Notes: generated by a model from the letters alone, not told the origin. A stretch of 64,000 bases of DNA from Heterodontus francisci (GCF_036365525.1 NC_090371.1:135962737-136026736); one strand, 5' to 3'. Positions 12,456 to 25,239 are shown, counted from the first letter of the stretch. Translations and numbers: made by a program.

Positions 12456-14330
12456 GGGCAGGATTTTGCATTTTGAGTTGGGGCCCCCACATTGGAACCT
12501 GCTTTGGTGGGGTAGTAGCCACAGGCTGCGATTTTGATCAAGGTTGGCCCTAATTCGCTGGGGGACAAATTTGGCGACAATGATCGAAGGTGGTACTCTG
12601 AAAGTGGGGGCCTGATTTAAAGGCATGATAGTAGCCTTTATAGTGGCAGCCATCTTGCAAATCAATAGAAGGAAGAAATCTGCAGAAGGAGAGGCAGAGG
12701 CCTGGCACTCGTGGCAGAGCTGCCTCATGGTTTAGCGTTACTGCCCTTGAAGTGATGTTGGAGGCAGTATGTGAGAGCTGAGGGGTCTTGTTCCCAGAGG
12801 ATGGAGAAAGAAGGCCACCCACCCAAACTAAGCAGGCCTGGTTTGAGGTGGCAGAACATGTAAGCAGCCACAGTGTCGTCCAGAGAACCTTGGTACAGTG
12901 CCGCAACAGTCTAATGACCTTCATTCTGGTAAGGTGAGTGCAACGCAACACCCAGATGACAGGCCTCCATGTCTGTAGCGACCACCAGCTAAGCAGGCTG
13001 AGGGCTTATGGTGCTCCTGACATATGTGCCCAGGGTAATTACTGACCCATCTGCAAGGCTCAGAGCCCGAGCACTATCGAGGACCTGGCAGCACTGATGC
13101 ATGTGTTTCTTATTTAAATGAGCTGCTGGCATTGGTTAGAGGGGCCAGCATTGCATTATCTCTCTCTCTTTTGCCCTTGGAGGAGAAAAGGATGCACATT
13201 GCTAGGGAGAGGCGCGTACAGAGGAGTACCGCAGCTCGCCATCCTCACTGCTATTGAGAAGGCGGGAATGGACATCGCTTCGGGTTGTACTCCATGAGGA
13301 AGTGGGTGATGGAGAGATTGGAAAACCTGTAGGAGAGGGTGAAAGGATATTGAATTCTGTAGTTGAAGGGGATGGAGTACACTTCTCCCCGTGCGACAAC
13401 ATGTCAGATTCTCAGCTCATTGAGAAGCCTCAGCTCTGCAGAGATACCTGCCATCACAAGTGAGTTCTCATAATGGCTCCCACAGGGCTAATTGTGGAGG
13501 GGATACATGCCAGCACTGTTGCAACATCACCTGGGGCCTCAGACGAAATGGAACCATCAGACCAAGCACCATCACATCATTTAAGTACACCCTCCATTAG
13601 CGCAGGTACACTTATCGGTGGGGCCTCGCACACAATTAGGAAGTCTGACACTGGGTAAAGAGCATGTCACGAGTGAGCTGGAGGAGGAGGCGACGGAGGC
13701 AGAGGCAGCCTTGGGCAGTCCCCCTTGGAGGATGGAGGACAGGCACAACCATGCTCAGCTGGGCACAGATGCACAGCCTCAGGAGTAGTCGGGAGCGGGA
13801 AACTGAAAGTGGGGATGACAGAAGGGAGCGGGGTACTGTTGGTAGGAATGGAGGTGGTGATCATGGCCATTGAGGGGCAAGGCAATGCTCAGATGTCATT
13901 ACATATGACGTCATTGCGTGGTGATGTTGGTGTGCATGCATGCATTCATACTGGCATGCTTGTATGTTTGGGTGCACTCGACATGACTGATCGCTCTGCG
14001 CATGCTCTGTGTTGTCTGGAGACACTCTTATTTTTTTAAAGGCCTTCCAGCCTTGGTGATTCATCCTCTTGCATGGATGTTTTATTTGTGTTTGCTGTCA
14101 TGTTTGTCATGCTGATGGTTTGACTGTTCGAATTTCACTCGTCTGGTGAGTTGGTTCTCACCGCTGTTTCCTTGATCGTGGATCAATCAGCAGCCCATAG
14201 TTTGCTCTGATGTGGTACACACATTCTGTGGATCAGCGAAGATTATTGGTGTGGGGGATTGAAAATGTCAGTGGTGCAGTAGGGGATGGTGATAACCAGA
14301 AGCTGATAATATACATTTGAGCAGGGGAGA
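12456..14330. mobile_element. PIF/Harbinger remnant (Myb-gene end)
   Basis: Starts gggcaggatttt (TIR motif) and contains a Myb/SANT gene on the + strand. Right end unclear. Confidence 0.65.
12720..13330 (+). pseudogene. Harbinger Myb/SANT-like gene remnant with intron
   Basis: ASWFSVTALEVMLEAVCES*GVLFPEDGERRPPTQTKQAWFEVAEHVSSHSVVQRTLVQCRN (Myb_DNA-bind_5-like pattern), donor region gtaaggtgagt at 12929, then exon 2 EKRMHIARER..VPQLAILTAIEKAG from about 13183. Confidence 0.75.
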
Positions 14331-14394
14331 GGAATCTTCATCTGCACCTGGAAATGTATGAACCTGACCAACTTGATGAAATTAAAAACTATTA

Positions 14395-15260
14395 ACGTGT
14401 AGAATGTGTTTACTACTGAATCTGGTGTGCTTTGCTTCTTCTATGCTCACACAGTGACATATCTGACCTATTGAACCCCTTCATAATTTGAAAGATCTTG
14501 GTCACATATCCTCTTGGTTTCTGTTCTCCAGAGAAAAGAGAGCCAGGCTGCTCAATATTTTTCTGATCGCTGCATCCTCTTAATTCTGGTAACATGCTAC
14601 ACAGTACATTGAGTGTGCTCTAACCAAGGTTTTCATACTTCATTGGCTGTTAAGGAGGGTTTAGGACATCCTGAGGTGGTGAAAGGTGTTATAAAAATGC
14701 AGTCTTTTCCTATATAAATTTAGCATTATGTTCCTGCCTTTGTATTTTTTTCCTTTAGAACTGAAACCTAGGCAAAGTCCTTTGCACTTTCGATGCTTTT
14801 ATTAACTTGTGTTGCTGCTTATAATTTTTGTATCTGTATTCCAGATCTCTCTGCTCTTTTACCCATTTAGCTTCTTACCTTCCAAGGACCAAGTGGCCTC
14901 CTTGCTCTTAAAAAAGTGAACCACCTCAGACTTCATAATATTGAATCTAATTTGTCATTTATTCACTCACTTCTCAAGTCTTTTTATGTCTTCCTGTATT
15001 TTGGTGCAGACCTCCACATTATTAACTGTCCCCCCCCCCCCCCCCACCAATTTGATATTATTTGCAAAGTTCGACACAATATGTCTAATTTCGAATTGCA
15101 AATCACATATGTATATGGCAAAAAGCAGTGGTCCCAGCATATATCCCTGCAGGACACCACTTCCCACTTTCTACCAGTATGAGAAACTTCCCTTAACTCC
15201 TATACTCTGTTTTATTGTCAGCTTTCAATCCATTTGCTACCAGGCCCCTGATGTCACATG
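14395..15260 (-). mobile_element. Old CR1 fragment (with DeuSINE tail at about 14636-14710)
   Basis: Minus ORF SGVLQGYMLGPLLFAIYICDL..SNFANN is a degenerate RT core. Confidence 0.8.
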
Positions 15261-15264
15261 CCTT

Positions 15265-15630
15265 TGCCCTCAATTTAAAATTCTCATCTTGTTCTCAAAT
15301 CTCCATTTGGCCTTGCCTCTCCCTTTTCGCCAGCCCTACAAACCTCTGAGATATCTGTGCTGCTCTAATTCCGGCCTCTTGAGCATCCCTGATTTTAATT
15401 GCTCCACCATCGGTGGCCATGCTTGCAGATGCCAAGACCCTAAGCTCTTATAATTCTTTCCCTAAACCTCTTCACCTCGCTACCTCTTTTCCCTTTTTCA
15501 AGATGCTCCTTAAAACCAAACTTCTGGTCATCTGCCATAATATCACCTGATACTCCATGCCAACTTTTGTTTAACGTTGCTATGAAACATCTTAACACGT
15601 TAAAGGTGCTATCTAAATACAAGTTGTTTT
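15265..15630 (+). mobile_element. L2 LINE 3' end
   Basis: FKILIL..PDFNCSTIGGHA-type C-terminus and tail ttaaaggtgctatctaaatacaagttgtt. Same family as 34456-35270. Confidence 0.75.
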
Positions 15631-17245
15631 CATGAGTCTCATGCTGCTCTCCACTGTCTTTAGAGAGATGGGACAAAGTGCAACTCATAGATCAGATTTT
15701 ATAATACTCTGCAGTCCTGCTGTGTTGAAACTACAGCTTATGGGCTACATGCATCCTTGAGTGCTGGCATTTTGTCCCAAGAAAACCAGGCAATTCAGTA
15801 TTGTTTGCCCTCCAATATCTTTTATGTTGGTTTATCTAGCAGGTTTAGGGTGGGCTATTCTTAATGATGTTGCCTTGTTGGTAGATAAATCCTAAATTAG
15901 AATACCAAAATCTGTGAAAATATACATTAATGACAACATGAATTTAAACTTTACATCTGCCTCTGAGGCTCCATAATATGCATTTGAGGAACCCATGAAG
16001 TGTGTGTTAGTCTAACCTAACTTTGATGCTTGATATATAAAAAAAAGAGTTTGGACCCAGTCTGTTCAGTTTGTTGACTGAAATGTAGGTTTCTGTGACT
16101 AACGTGACAGCAAGTAGATAATGGATTTATTTGCAATTTGATTGCAATTGACACAGCTTTAACTGCAGCTCTGGTAGTCTGCCCTTTGTGTAGTTCTTGG
16201 TTTCGAAGTCAGGAATGCTTTGTACAGACCTGTCTCTCATTCATTGCTAGTTGGCTATTGGGTAGAATTGACCCCAGTAATAAATGTTAGAAATGAAAGT
16301 GATCTTTACATGCGAAAAGATATACTTTTTTGAGCATCATCAGTGCAAAGGGAGAAGAATTTTGTACTGCACATGCAAAATATTCTTCTCCCATCCCTCA
16401 TACCAGCTAAAAATACTTAACCATTTTTGTGTAAGTCCGGTGCTTTAAGGTTTGGTGTTCTGTATAGGGTTACTGTTTAGTAAATATATAAATTGTAATA
16501 ATTTAAATTAGAAAAGGAACCAGGAAGGAAATCTGAAATCAGGACAAAATTTCCAGCTGGTCCATTTTCCTCTAAAGATTTGTAGATTATGTGGTAGTTT
16601 TGCATGGTTCCTAGAAGCATGAAAGGTTCTGTAATATTGCTAAATTGCATTTTGGATGGAATGATAATACAACGACACAATGGGGGTTTTGGGCTGTAGG
16701 AATTCTAAGCAATTTTGTGATCAGTACGGTTAATATGACTGAACTATAAACAATGATAATAAATACCCAGTATCTCAGAAGTGATTTGAAGACTTGTTGA
16801 AATTCTGTGAGGAAACATGCTACTTAAGATTGAACTGTACATCTCCGTTGGTGACTAGATCTTCAGGAATCTTTTCACTCTTGAAAAGCTGCTGTAACTC
16901 GCCCTTGATCTTGGAGCTTTGTGAGCTTTTCACGCTCTTCAAAATAAAAAAAACTTTTAATTTAACAAAACTAGTTGAAGCCTAGATTCCTGTATAATGT
17001 ACCTTTTGATGTTGCGAAATGCTGAGAGGAAATGAACACAGACTTTTAATTTTTTAAAATAAAGCATAAATCAAGAAATTGCTGCATAGCAGCCAACTCT
17101 GAGTGAAGTCGCTGATGTGGCATGAAATCCTATATAATATCAACAACAGCCGAAAAGTTACTAGGTGTGGAAACTGTTGGCTAAATATAATAAATAATAG
17201 TCTGAATGGCCTTGGTAAAATCTCTCTATTCCCACAAAAATAAAC

Positions 17246-17380
17246 TAAGAAAGAACTTGCATTTATATATCACCTTTCTCAAGCTCAATATGTCCCAAAG
17301 TGCTTTACTGCCAATGAAGTACTTTTCAAGTGTAGTTCCTGTTATAAAGTAGAAAATGCAGCACATTTGCACACATCAAA
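17246..17380 (-). mobile_element. DeuSINE 3' fragment
   Basis: aaagaacttgcatttatat..cccaaagtgctttac..ccaatgaagtactttt matches the other copies. Confidence 0.7.
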
Positions 17381-18134
17381 TGTAACACTAAATGCAGAAT
17401 GAATAAGCAATAGAATAATACTGAATGTAGATGTCTGTTTTATTGCTGTAGGTGGCTGTGCTTCAAAGTATTTCAGAATTATCTAAGGTCATTAATATTT
17501 TAATTTTACATTCTATCTAATTACAGAAGAGATTTGCTTCTTTGTGTTTGTCCAATTTTCTTCTTTACTTGACAATCATCATTTGTTACAGCTGTGACTT
17601 AATTACTGCCTACTGCTATCAGTTGACAGCATAACATTTTTTTCAAATTGTTAATATGTGTATATTCTGAAGATCTGCATCTAATGCAGACTGTTTCCAT
17701 CCACTGTGAGTGTTCACTGGAGCTTCTCTCCACCCTTCCCCTGTGGAAATGGAATGGATCCACAAACCTGACACTGGTTTCAAATACTGAGCTAAGATTA
17801 TGCATGAATTTAACACACACAAAGGGCTGAATTTTACCAGCCCCTTGACACCCGGGTTGTGGCGCGGGGGCGATTAAAATGCTGCAGGGAGAGGCCAGCC
17901 TCGACTCGTGACTTCGAGACGGGCTCGCCGCATTTTTCCGGTGGTGGCGGGACCTTGGTGTGGCCCCCCACCCCCCCGGCCACATGGCGGTGGCACCACA
18001 ATTAGCATATGGTAATGCTTACTTAGCTGTGCTGATTATGCAGCCTGCCGCCTCTCCACCGACACTGCCGGATTTTTCGTTGAACCGGCGACAGTCACGT
18101 GCCGGCCCGTTCACGATCTGAAAAGCCAGCAGGT

Positions 18135-18470
18135 CCTCATTCTGCATTACAGGAGAGGGGGGGGGGGGGTACACGGGGGTCTAACTCTGCATCCTTAAAT
18201 GGTGGGTGGGATATGCAGGGGTCTAACTGCATTTATAAATGGAGGAGGGGGGGGGATACACGGGTCTAACTCTGCTTTCTTAAAGGGAAGAGAGAGGGGG
18301 GATACACAGGGGTCTAACTCTGCATTCTTAAATGGAGGAGGGGGGATACACGGGTCTAACTCTGCATTCTTAAATGGAGGAGAGGGGTGAGGGATACACA
18401 GGGTCTAACTCTGCATTCTTAGAGGGAGGAGGGGTGGGTGAATACACAGGGGTCTCACTCTGCATTCTGA
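18135..18470 (+). repeat. G-rich minisatellite, about 7 units of 41-49 bp
   Basis: Repeated core gggatacac(a)gggtctaactctgcattcttaaatggagga at about 18177, 18218, 18262, 18311, 18352, 18401 and 18450. Confidence 0.9.
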
Positions 18471-18999
18471 AAACTGTACTGGTGTGAAGGGAGGTACCAT
18501 GTACCATCCCTCCATTAACAGTGTACACGCTTTGTTTGTGAGGGGCAATGGCACACTTGGCACCCTGTGTCTGGGGAGGGTGCCAGAAAGGGCAGGAACA
18601 TTAAGGTTTTATGGATGGTGGGGGCAATCAATTCAGCTGGTAGGATCTTGATGTGGTCATGCTGTGCCACTCTGAGTGTTGGCCCAGATGGGCAATGCCA
18701 TGGCACGCCACATAGTGATCCAGGAAAGCAGCTGATGTACTCGTCAACACCAATCCATGCCCTGTTAGGAACCTTTGAATACATGCAGAGTTCAACTTTA
18801 TTTATCACATGGAGATAGATATGACTCATCCTACATTGTGTGATCCTCTGCACGTGAGGATCTGTATGTACCAGAGGCAATACCAACAGGCAGGTGTGAT
18901 CCACGTAAAGGCCCCTAGTCGTGAGCAGCATGCCCCAAGGGGAGCCTGCCATTACGGTTGCCGTGCATCTACAGGCCTCACATGACATGCCATCGGATG

Positions 19000-19810
19000 T
19001 CAGAGCACCAGTGTCAGAGGAGATTGTTTATATAGAGAGGGTGGTGACACATCTGTATGCCCTTCTCAAGGATGACCTGCAGCCCATGGGTTCTTATGGA
19101 CATCCCATGCCTTTGTTCCTCATAGTGGCAGCAGTTCTCAAGCCTGATGCCTCTGCAGCCTTTCAGGGGCCCACCGGAGACCTTTGTAGGGTCACAGTCA
19201 GTAGGGCACTGCTATATCATGGAGGTCGCCAATGCGCTGCACCAGAGGGCCAATGAGGATATCTGCTTCAGGACAGACTCTCACAGCCAGTCCCAGAAGG
19301 CCAGTGGTTCTGGCACCATTGCCGAAGAACCATAGGTTGTAATGTTCATAGACTGTGCTCATGTGGCCATCAGGCCTCCTGGCAGGCTACCACCTGCAGA
19401 CGTCACCATTAATGGAGCCCCCTCAAACTAGGTGAAGCTGGTATGTAAACACCGCGGCTGCTTGCAGCGAATGTGTGACCACTTCTCAGGCAGCTGCCAT
19501 GACACCTGGGTCTTGCGCCAGTCCCGGCTGCCACCACTGTTCACTGAACTGGCTCAGATGGAGGGGTGGCTTCTTGGAGATCAGGGCTATCCTTTGCAGA
19601 CATGGCTCCTGACACCAGTGCGAGATTCCACCACTGCTGCAGAGGAGAGATACGATGCCAGTCACTGAGCTACATGAGCCACCATTGAGCAGGAGATCGG
19701 CATGCTGAAAAAGTGCCTCCAATGCCTGTATGGATAGGGTGATGCCCTGTACTGTGGGCCGAAAAGGCCAGCTCCTTTCTTTGCTGCTCTGTACAACTAT
19801 GCACCCAATA
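19000..19810 (+). pseudogene. HARBI1-like DDE transposase pseudogene
   Basis: IDCAHVAIRPP, GSCHDTWVLRQS, WLLGDQGYPLQTWLLTP and ATIEQEIGMLK are DDE_Tnp_4 motifs, with stops and frameshifts. Confidence 0.85.
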
Positions 19811-20525
19811 GGGGCCAGGCCTGGCTTGATGAGAGGTGTCAACAGGATTCCTCCTCGGACTATGAGGATGCTGAAGACCTACAACATAAAAGACGCATGG
19901 GAGGGCAGATGGCACCCAGGCTCTGCTCGTAGGGCTAGCAGTGAGTTAGGGATGTATGGAAGTGGCTTATCAGACAAAGGCTGTCTGCTCCATAGGAACT
20001 GACATGAGCTCTGCAAGCCACACATCACCCTCGCTTACCTGCTGTGCACCAGTCCACATTTGCAGCATCCCTGTGTAAACCAGTAGAGGCAGCAGCTGAC
20101 TGAGCCAATGTCCATGTCAGAGTCCGTGGAGACGCTCATGTGTAATGGTGGCATGGCAATGATATTGCATACGTTGGCTCTCCTGAAGGGCCAATGGTGC
20201 AAAGGGATGTGACATTGGCACTACACGCTGGCTCACATCATTCCCTCAGAGAAACGGACACACACGTTGGTGAGGAACACTTAGTGAAAGACTTATTTAC
20301 ATTGCTGTGATGCCCGTGTATTCCCATTTGTGTCAGTGTGTTCTCTGTAAATGTCTGTAATACTTTTTATAGTCTATTTAAGTCTCACGTCCTGGAATGT
20401 GCAAAATTAAGATTATTCACCCAGGTGCAGCACGCCTACAAGAAGGAATGTTACACTTGAGTGGGAGAAGAGGATCGCGAATTCACAGGACACTGGGACA
20501 CAGAGTAGGGTAAGTATGTGGCAGC

Positions 20526-20683
20526 AAAGCGGAAAGTGCTGGGGTCACTCAGCAGGTCAGGCAGCATTTGTGGAGAGAGAAGCAGAGTTAACTGTCAGGT
20601 CTGTGAACTTGGACAAGTTAATTCTGCTTCTCTCTCCACAGATACTGCCTGACCTGCTGGATTTCTGCAGCACTTTCTGCTTT
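20526..20683. mobile_element. Penelope-like pLTR fold-back (inverted repeat)
   Basis: About 70-bp arms: aaagcggaaagtgctg..ctcagcaggtcaggcagcatttgtggagagagaagcagagttaac and its reverse complement, around a spacer of about 20 nt. Confidence 0.8.
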
Positions 20684-21169
20684 TCTGCCAGCCCCACTCT
20701 TCAGTCAGGTAAGTATTTCTTTGACAGCTGTCAGGAAGCAGGTGCTGGAGCGCTTAAAGTAGGGCCCCAGCACCTGCTGCACAGCTGTCAAAGGCACTCG
20801 CGCCGAATGTCCCGCCTCACCCCGCGTAATATGGAGAGGGCGGCTTGGCGCCGTTATTCTAATGAGCCCCCGCGATTAATATCACTCGAAGTTATTGGTT
20901 TAAAATTGGCTATAGATCAGCTTTTTTCGCTAAGAAAACAACTTGGTACAGGCTATGACTGAAATTACACACAAACTGTTTTGGGGAATGAGGGAAATAT
21001 TTATTTCATGTTGGATGGAGTAAGTGTATTCCGGCAGTTTTTAACAGGTTAACTGGGAGAATTTTTATATTTTGTGCCAGAAGTTAAGTGTTAGCAATGG
21101 TTTAGATGTTACTGCATTCAGATGCTAATTACAGGTGAAAACAGATGTCTGTTAGCTGGGTTTTGAGAA

Positions 21170-21680
21170 GGTGGAGAGAGTAGCTGAGATGCTGAGGGGT
21201 TTTGTGAGAGAGTTTGAGTGTAGCTGGGGCAAAGGGAGGGAAGGGGGATACACAAAAGGAGAGAGATGGGAGGGGATATAAGGGTGGAGAATGTTGCCGA
21301 GAAGTGGATGATGTACAAGTGGGATTCAATCTGGGAGGCCGGTGGAAAAGACATGATAGAAAATGAACCCAGAGGTGACCAAAACACAGATGAGGGTTTC
21401 AATGGTGGATAGACTGAGGTAGCACCAGAGGCAGGCAGTGTTGTAGAGTTGGAAGAAAGCAGCCTTGATGATCGATGGAATGTCAGGTTTGAAGCTTAGC
21501 TTGGGTCCAAACTGGATGCCAAGATTTTGTTTGCTGCAGTTGATCTTGAGAAAGTGGTTAGAAAGGAGGATGCAGTCAGCAACAGGAAACACAGTTTGTG
21601 ATGGGGGCCAAAAACAATTGAAGTTATAACTCATCAAGCAGTTTAACAGCATGGAGCTGGTTGAGAGAAGTGGTAGGAGA
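21170..21680 (-). mobile_element. L2 LINE fragment (continues at about 23236-23610)
   Basis: Minus ORF NLGIQFGPKLSFKPDIPSIIKAAFFQLYN..ETLICVLVTS is a typical L2 post-RT region. Confidence 0.75.
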
Positions 21681-21694
21681 TTGTTCAGCAGAAC

Positions 21695-21880
21695 CTGTCA
21701 TCGACCTAAAATGTTAACGCTCTTTCTCTCTCCAGAGATGCTACTAGATCTTCTGAGTATTTCCAGCATTTTCTGTTTTTATTTCAGATTCCCAGCATTT
21801 TTGTTTTTATTTCAAATTTCCAGCATTTTCTGTTTTTCGTTCAGATTCCCAGCACCTGCAGTAATTTACTTTTATTTAAG
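21695..21880 (+). mobile_element. Penelope-like pLTR with degenerate hammerhead and triplicated 3' unit
   Basis: gacctaaaatgttaacgctctttctctctccagagatgct..ctgagtatttccagca followed by three tandem ~29-bp units. Confidence 0.75.
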
Positions 21881-23227
21881 ATGACATCAAGGCAGCATTT
21901 CAGCAAGTATGGCATCAAGGAACCCTAGCGAAACTGGAGTCAGTGGGAATTGGGGGAAAACTGTCTGCTGATTGGAGTCATACCCAGCATAAAGGAAGAT
22001 GGTTGTGGTTGATGGAGGTCAATCACCACCGTCCCAGGACTTCACTGCAGGAGTTCCTCAGGGTAATGTCTTAGACCCAACCATCTTAAGCTGCTTTATC
22101 AATGACCTTCCCTCCATCATAAGGTCAGAATTGGGGATGTTCGCTGATGATTGCACAACGTTCAGCACCATTCGCGACTCCACAGATACTGAAGCAGCCC
22201 ATGTCCATATGCAACAAGACCTGGACAATATCCAGGCTTGGGCTGATAAGTGGTAAGTAACATTCACGCCAAGCAAGGGCCAGGCAATGTTCATCTCAAA
22301 CAAGAGAGAATCAAACCATCTTCCCATGATGTTCAATGGCGTTACAATCGCTGAATCCCCCACTATCAACATCCTGGGGGTCACCATTGACCAGAAACTG
22401 AACTGGACCAGTCATATAAATGCTGTGGCTACAAGAACAGGTCAGGGGCTGAGATTTCTGCAGTGAGTAACTCACCTCCTGTCTTCCCAAAGCCTGTCCA
22501 CCATCTACAAGGCACAAGTCAGGAGTGTGATGGAATATTCTGCACTTGCCTGGATGGGTGCAGCTCCCACAACACTCAGGAAGCTCAACACCATCCAGGA
22601 CAAAGCAGCCCACTTGATTGGCACTCCGTCCACCACCTTCAATCTTCACTCCCTCCACCACCGACGCACAGTGACAGCTGTGTGTACTATATACAATATG
22701 CTGAAAATACTCAGCAGGTCTGGCAGCATCTGTGGAAAGAGAAGCAGAGTTAATGTTTCACTGAAATGTTAACTCTGCTTCTCTCTCCACAGATGCTGCC
22801 AGACCTGCTGAGTGTTTCCAGCATTTCTTGTTTTTATTTCAGATTTTCAGTATTTTGCTTTTATATTATTGTACTATATACAAGATGCACTGCAGCAACT
22901 CACCAACGCTCCTTCACCAGCACCTTCCAAATCCACGATTTCTACCACCTAGAAGGACAAGGGCAGCAGATGCATGGGAACACCACCACCTGCAAGTTCC
23001 CCTCCAAGCCACACCCCTTCCTGACTTGGAACTATATCACTGTTCCTTCACTGTCATTGGGTCAAAATCCTGGAACTCCCTTCCTAACAGCACTGTTGGT
23101 GTACCTAGACCCCAAAGACTGCAGCGGTTCAAGAAGGCAGGTCACCGCCACTTTGTCAAAGGCAGCTCGGGATGGGCAATAAATGCTAGCCTAGTCAGTG
23201 ACGCCCACATCCCATGAACAAATAATA
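21881..23227 (+). mobile_element. Daphne/Crack-like LINE 3' part
   Basis: RT motifs AGVPQGNVLDP..FINDLP..MFADD and QQDLDNIQAWADKW. 3' end gggatgggcaataaatgc..cacatcccatgaacaaataa. Interrupted at 22697-22869. Confidence 0.85.
22697..22869. mobile_element. Penelope-like pLTR hairpin insertion with 14-bp TSD
   Basis: Arms 22698-22760 and 22762-22824 are near-perfect reverse complements. Exact TSD tgtactatatacaa at 22683-22696 and 22870-22883. Confidence 0.9.
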
Positions 23228-25239
23228 TTTTTTTTAAATGTAGAGCTGGTTGCAGGGTTGTGAGAAGTGCTGAAGAGATAGTCCTAATCATCAGCAGCCT
23301 ATATATGGAAGCTGGCCCTGTGCTTATGGATGATGTCACCAAAGGGCACCATTTAGAAAAGAAAGGGTAGGCCACCAGAATAGATCCTGAGGGGATTGAG
23401 GGGGTAATGCAGAGAGAAGAAAAGCCACTATTGGCAATACACTATGTTCAGATATATAGGAATGGACGCATACGAGGGCAGTGCCATAGAGCTGGACAGT
23501 GAAGGAAAGGCAATAGAGGAATGTGACATGGTCAACCATATCACATGCTGCAGTGAGGAAAAGGAAAGATAGCCTACTTCAATCACAACGGATGTCATTC
23601 ATGAACAAGCATCTTGTTCCCGTTGAATTGTGTCTCCTGTCATTTAGAGGGACACATATTATAAGTGCAGAAGCCAGTAACCTGGAAGCACTGCACTCTA
23701 TATCATTGCAATTGTATGAACTTATTTCACTGTGTACATATTTCATTACCTGAGCAACAAAAATTGAAGGTGCTGCAACTTCAATAGCATTCTCACTGCC
23801 AATATCAAAAATGTTTCCCTGTTACTTTTTTTTGAATGTTAAAATTATTTGTTGAGTTGCCATTCCCTTTCTCCTTCTCAAAAATAGCCAAGTTAAGGAA
23901 TTCAAATGCCGTAAAATATTCTATGTGCAGTCCTTTTTAAAAAAACAAAATGTGTAGTTAACAATGAACATTAAAAATGTTCATTACAACATAAAGGTGA
24001 AGAAACTTGATGAGCTATGTGCTGTCCACAGAAGGCAATTTATAATTCAGAAACCATACTCTGCTTTTACTCATCCTTTCAGGGATGAAATATAAACCAA
24101 AGAGCATAACTTTTGCATTACTTATATCAATCTGCCAATGCTCCTTACATCTTTCGACCCTGAGGGTGGTGTGGCAGTGGACTGCTAGCAGAGGATGTCT
24201 CTGACCCTGATTTGGAGGTGAAGGAATGGGAAGTACATTTCCATAAAATTTCTAGTCCCACAGGGCTCTGGGAAGGAGAAAATCTATTGAAAAACTCATT
24301 AAATTTTTCATGTCACTTGCAGCAATGCAATCGATTCCTCTCAGGCAGTTATCTTATTGCAACCAATATGCCAATTTTTAAGTCACCCCTATGTCCTAGC
24401 AATACTGGATGCCAAGGATCCATAGATATTTCTGACATCCAATGTTGCTAAAGATTCAACTGTTGTATGGTGTGTTTTCCTCATTTAAACGATATTGTAA
24501 TACAACTGCCTATTTTGAGTGAATATGTTCTGGTGCCTGAAAAGTACCAGAGTTTATGTTTCATCCTAAAAGGATGGACAAAAGCAGCATATCATTTCTG
24601 AATCACAAGTAGGCAGCATTTAGTTTTTCAGGTGTCATCACCTTTCGCTTGCGAAAGCTTGTAGTTTTGCTGTCTTAGGTCAGTTTTGTTCCCAAACCTT
24701 GCTGGCGCTCTACAGGGCGTTGCGCCCAACTGTGATCTCACCTCATGTCATGTGTGGTCCACAGTCCTCTGGGGAGGAAGCCTGCAAATGACACACGGGG
24801 AACCTTCCTTGGAGTTTTGTCATGCAGTATGAAGGCCATTTCACCAATCACAAATAAGGATTGGATTCTGTACCACTACATCCCTCCACCCCAACCAGTA
24901 CAGCATTATCAACAGCTACCAATAGTTTCAATACATTATGAGCCTTTCTAAGCAGTGTGAGTATTTTTACCTCTGCTGCCCCCCGCCCCCATGCACTAAC
25001 TCACATTAAATGGCCACATCCCTTTAAATTGTGGCCAAAGTGCAATCTTCCACCCCATGAGATTAGCTCCTTGTGCAGGGGGCTGAATATACTTAGTAAA
25101 ATATACTTCCAGAATATTGTAGGAAGTCACGTTGGTGTGCTTTTTTTTGGCTATGGTTATGCTTGCTTTTGGCTGGTCTCGGCAGATGCAACCTCCTGGA
25201 CAGGAGGAGGCCAGAGGAGCACAGCAGGGGGCTGTAAGG

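Larger units (their letters stand above)
17824..20890. mobile_element. Decayed PIF/Harbinger transposon
   Basis: Left TIR gggctgaatttt. CpG-rich subterminal cgcgggggc..atta is mirrored in inverted orientation near 20855-20880. Contains a HARBI1-type transposase remnant. Confidence 0.7.

Noticed and set aside
18135-18470. Constant core plus variable linkers, superficially CRISPR-like
   Set aside because: Linkers are related G/A-rich runs rather than unique spacers. The context is eukaryotic and there are no cas genes.
19000-19810. Possible domesticated HARBI1 gene
   Set aside because: Multiple stops and frameshifts, and it sits inside a TIR-bounded element.
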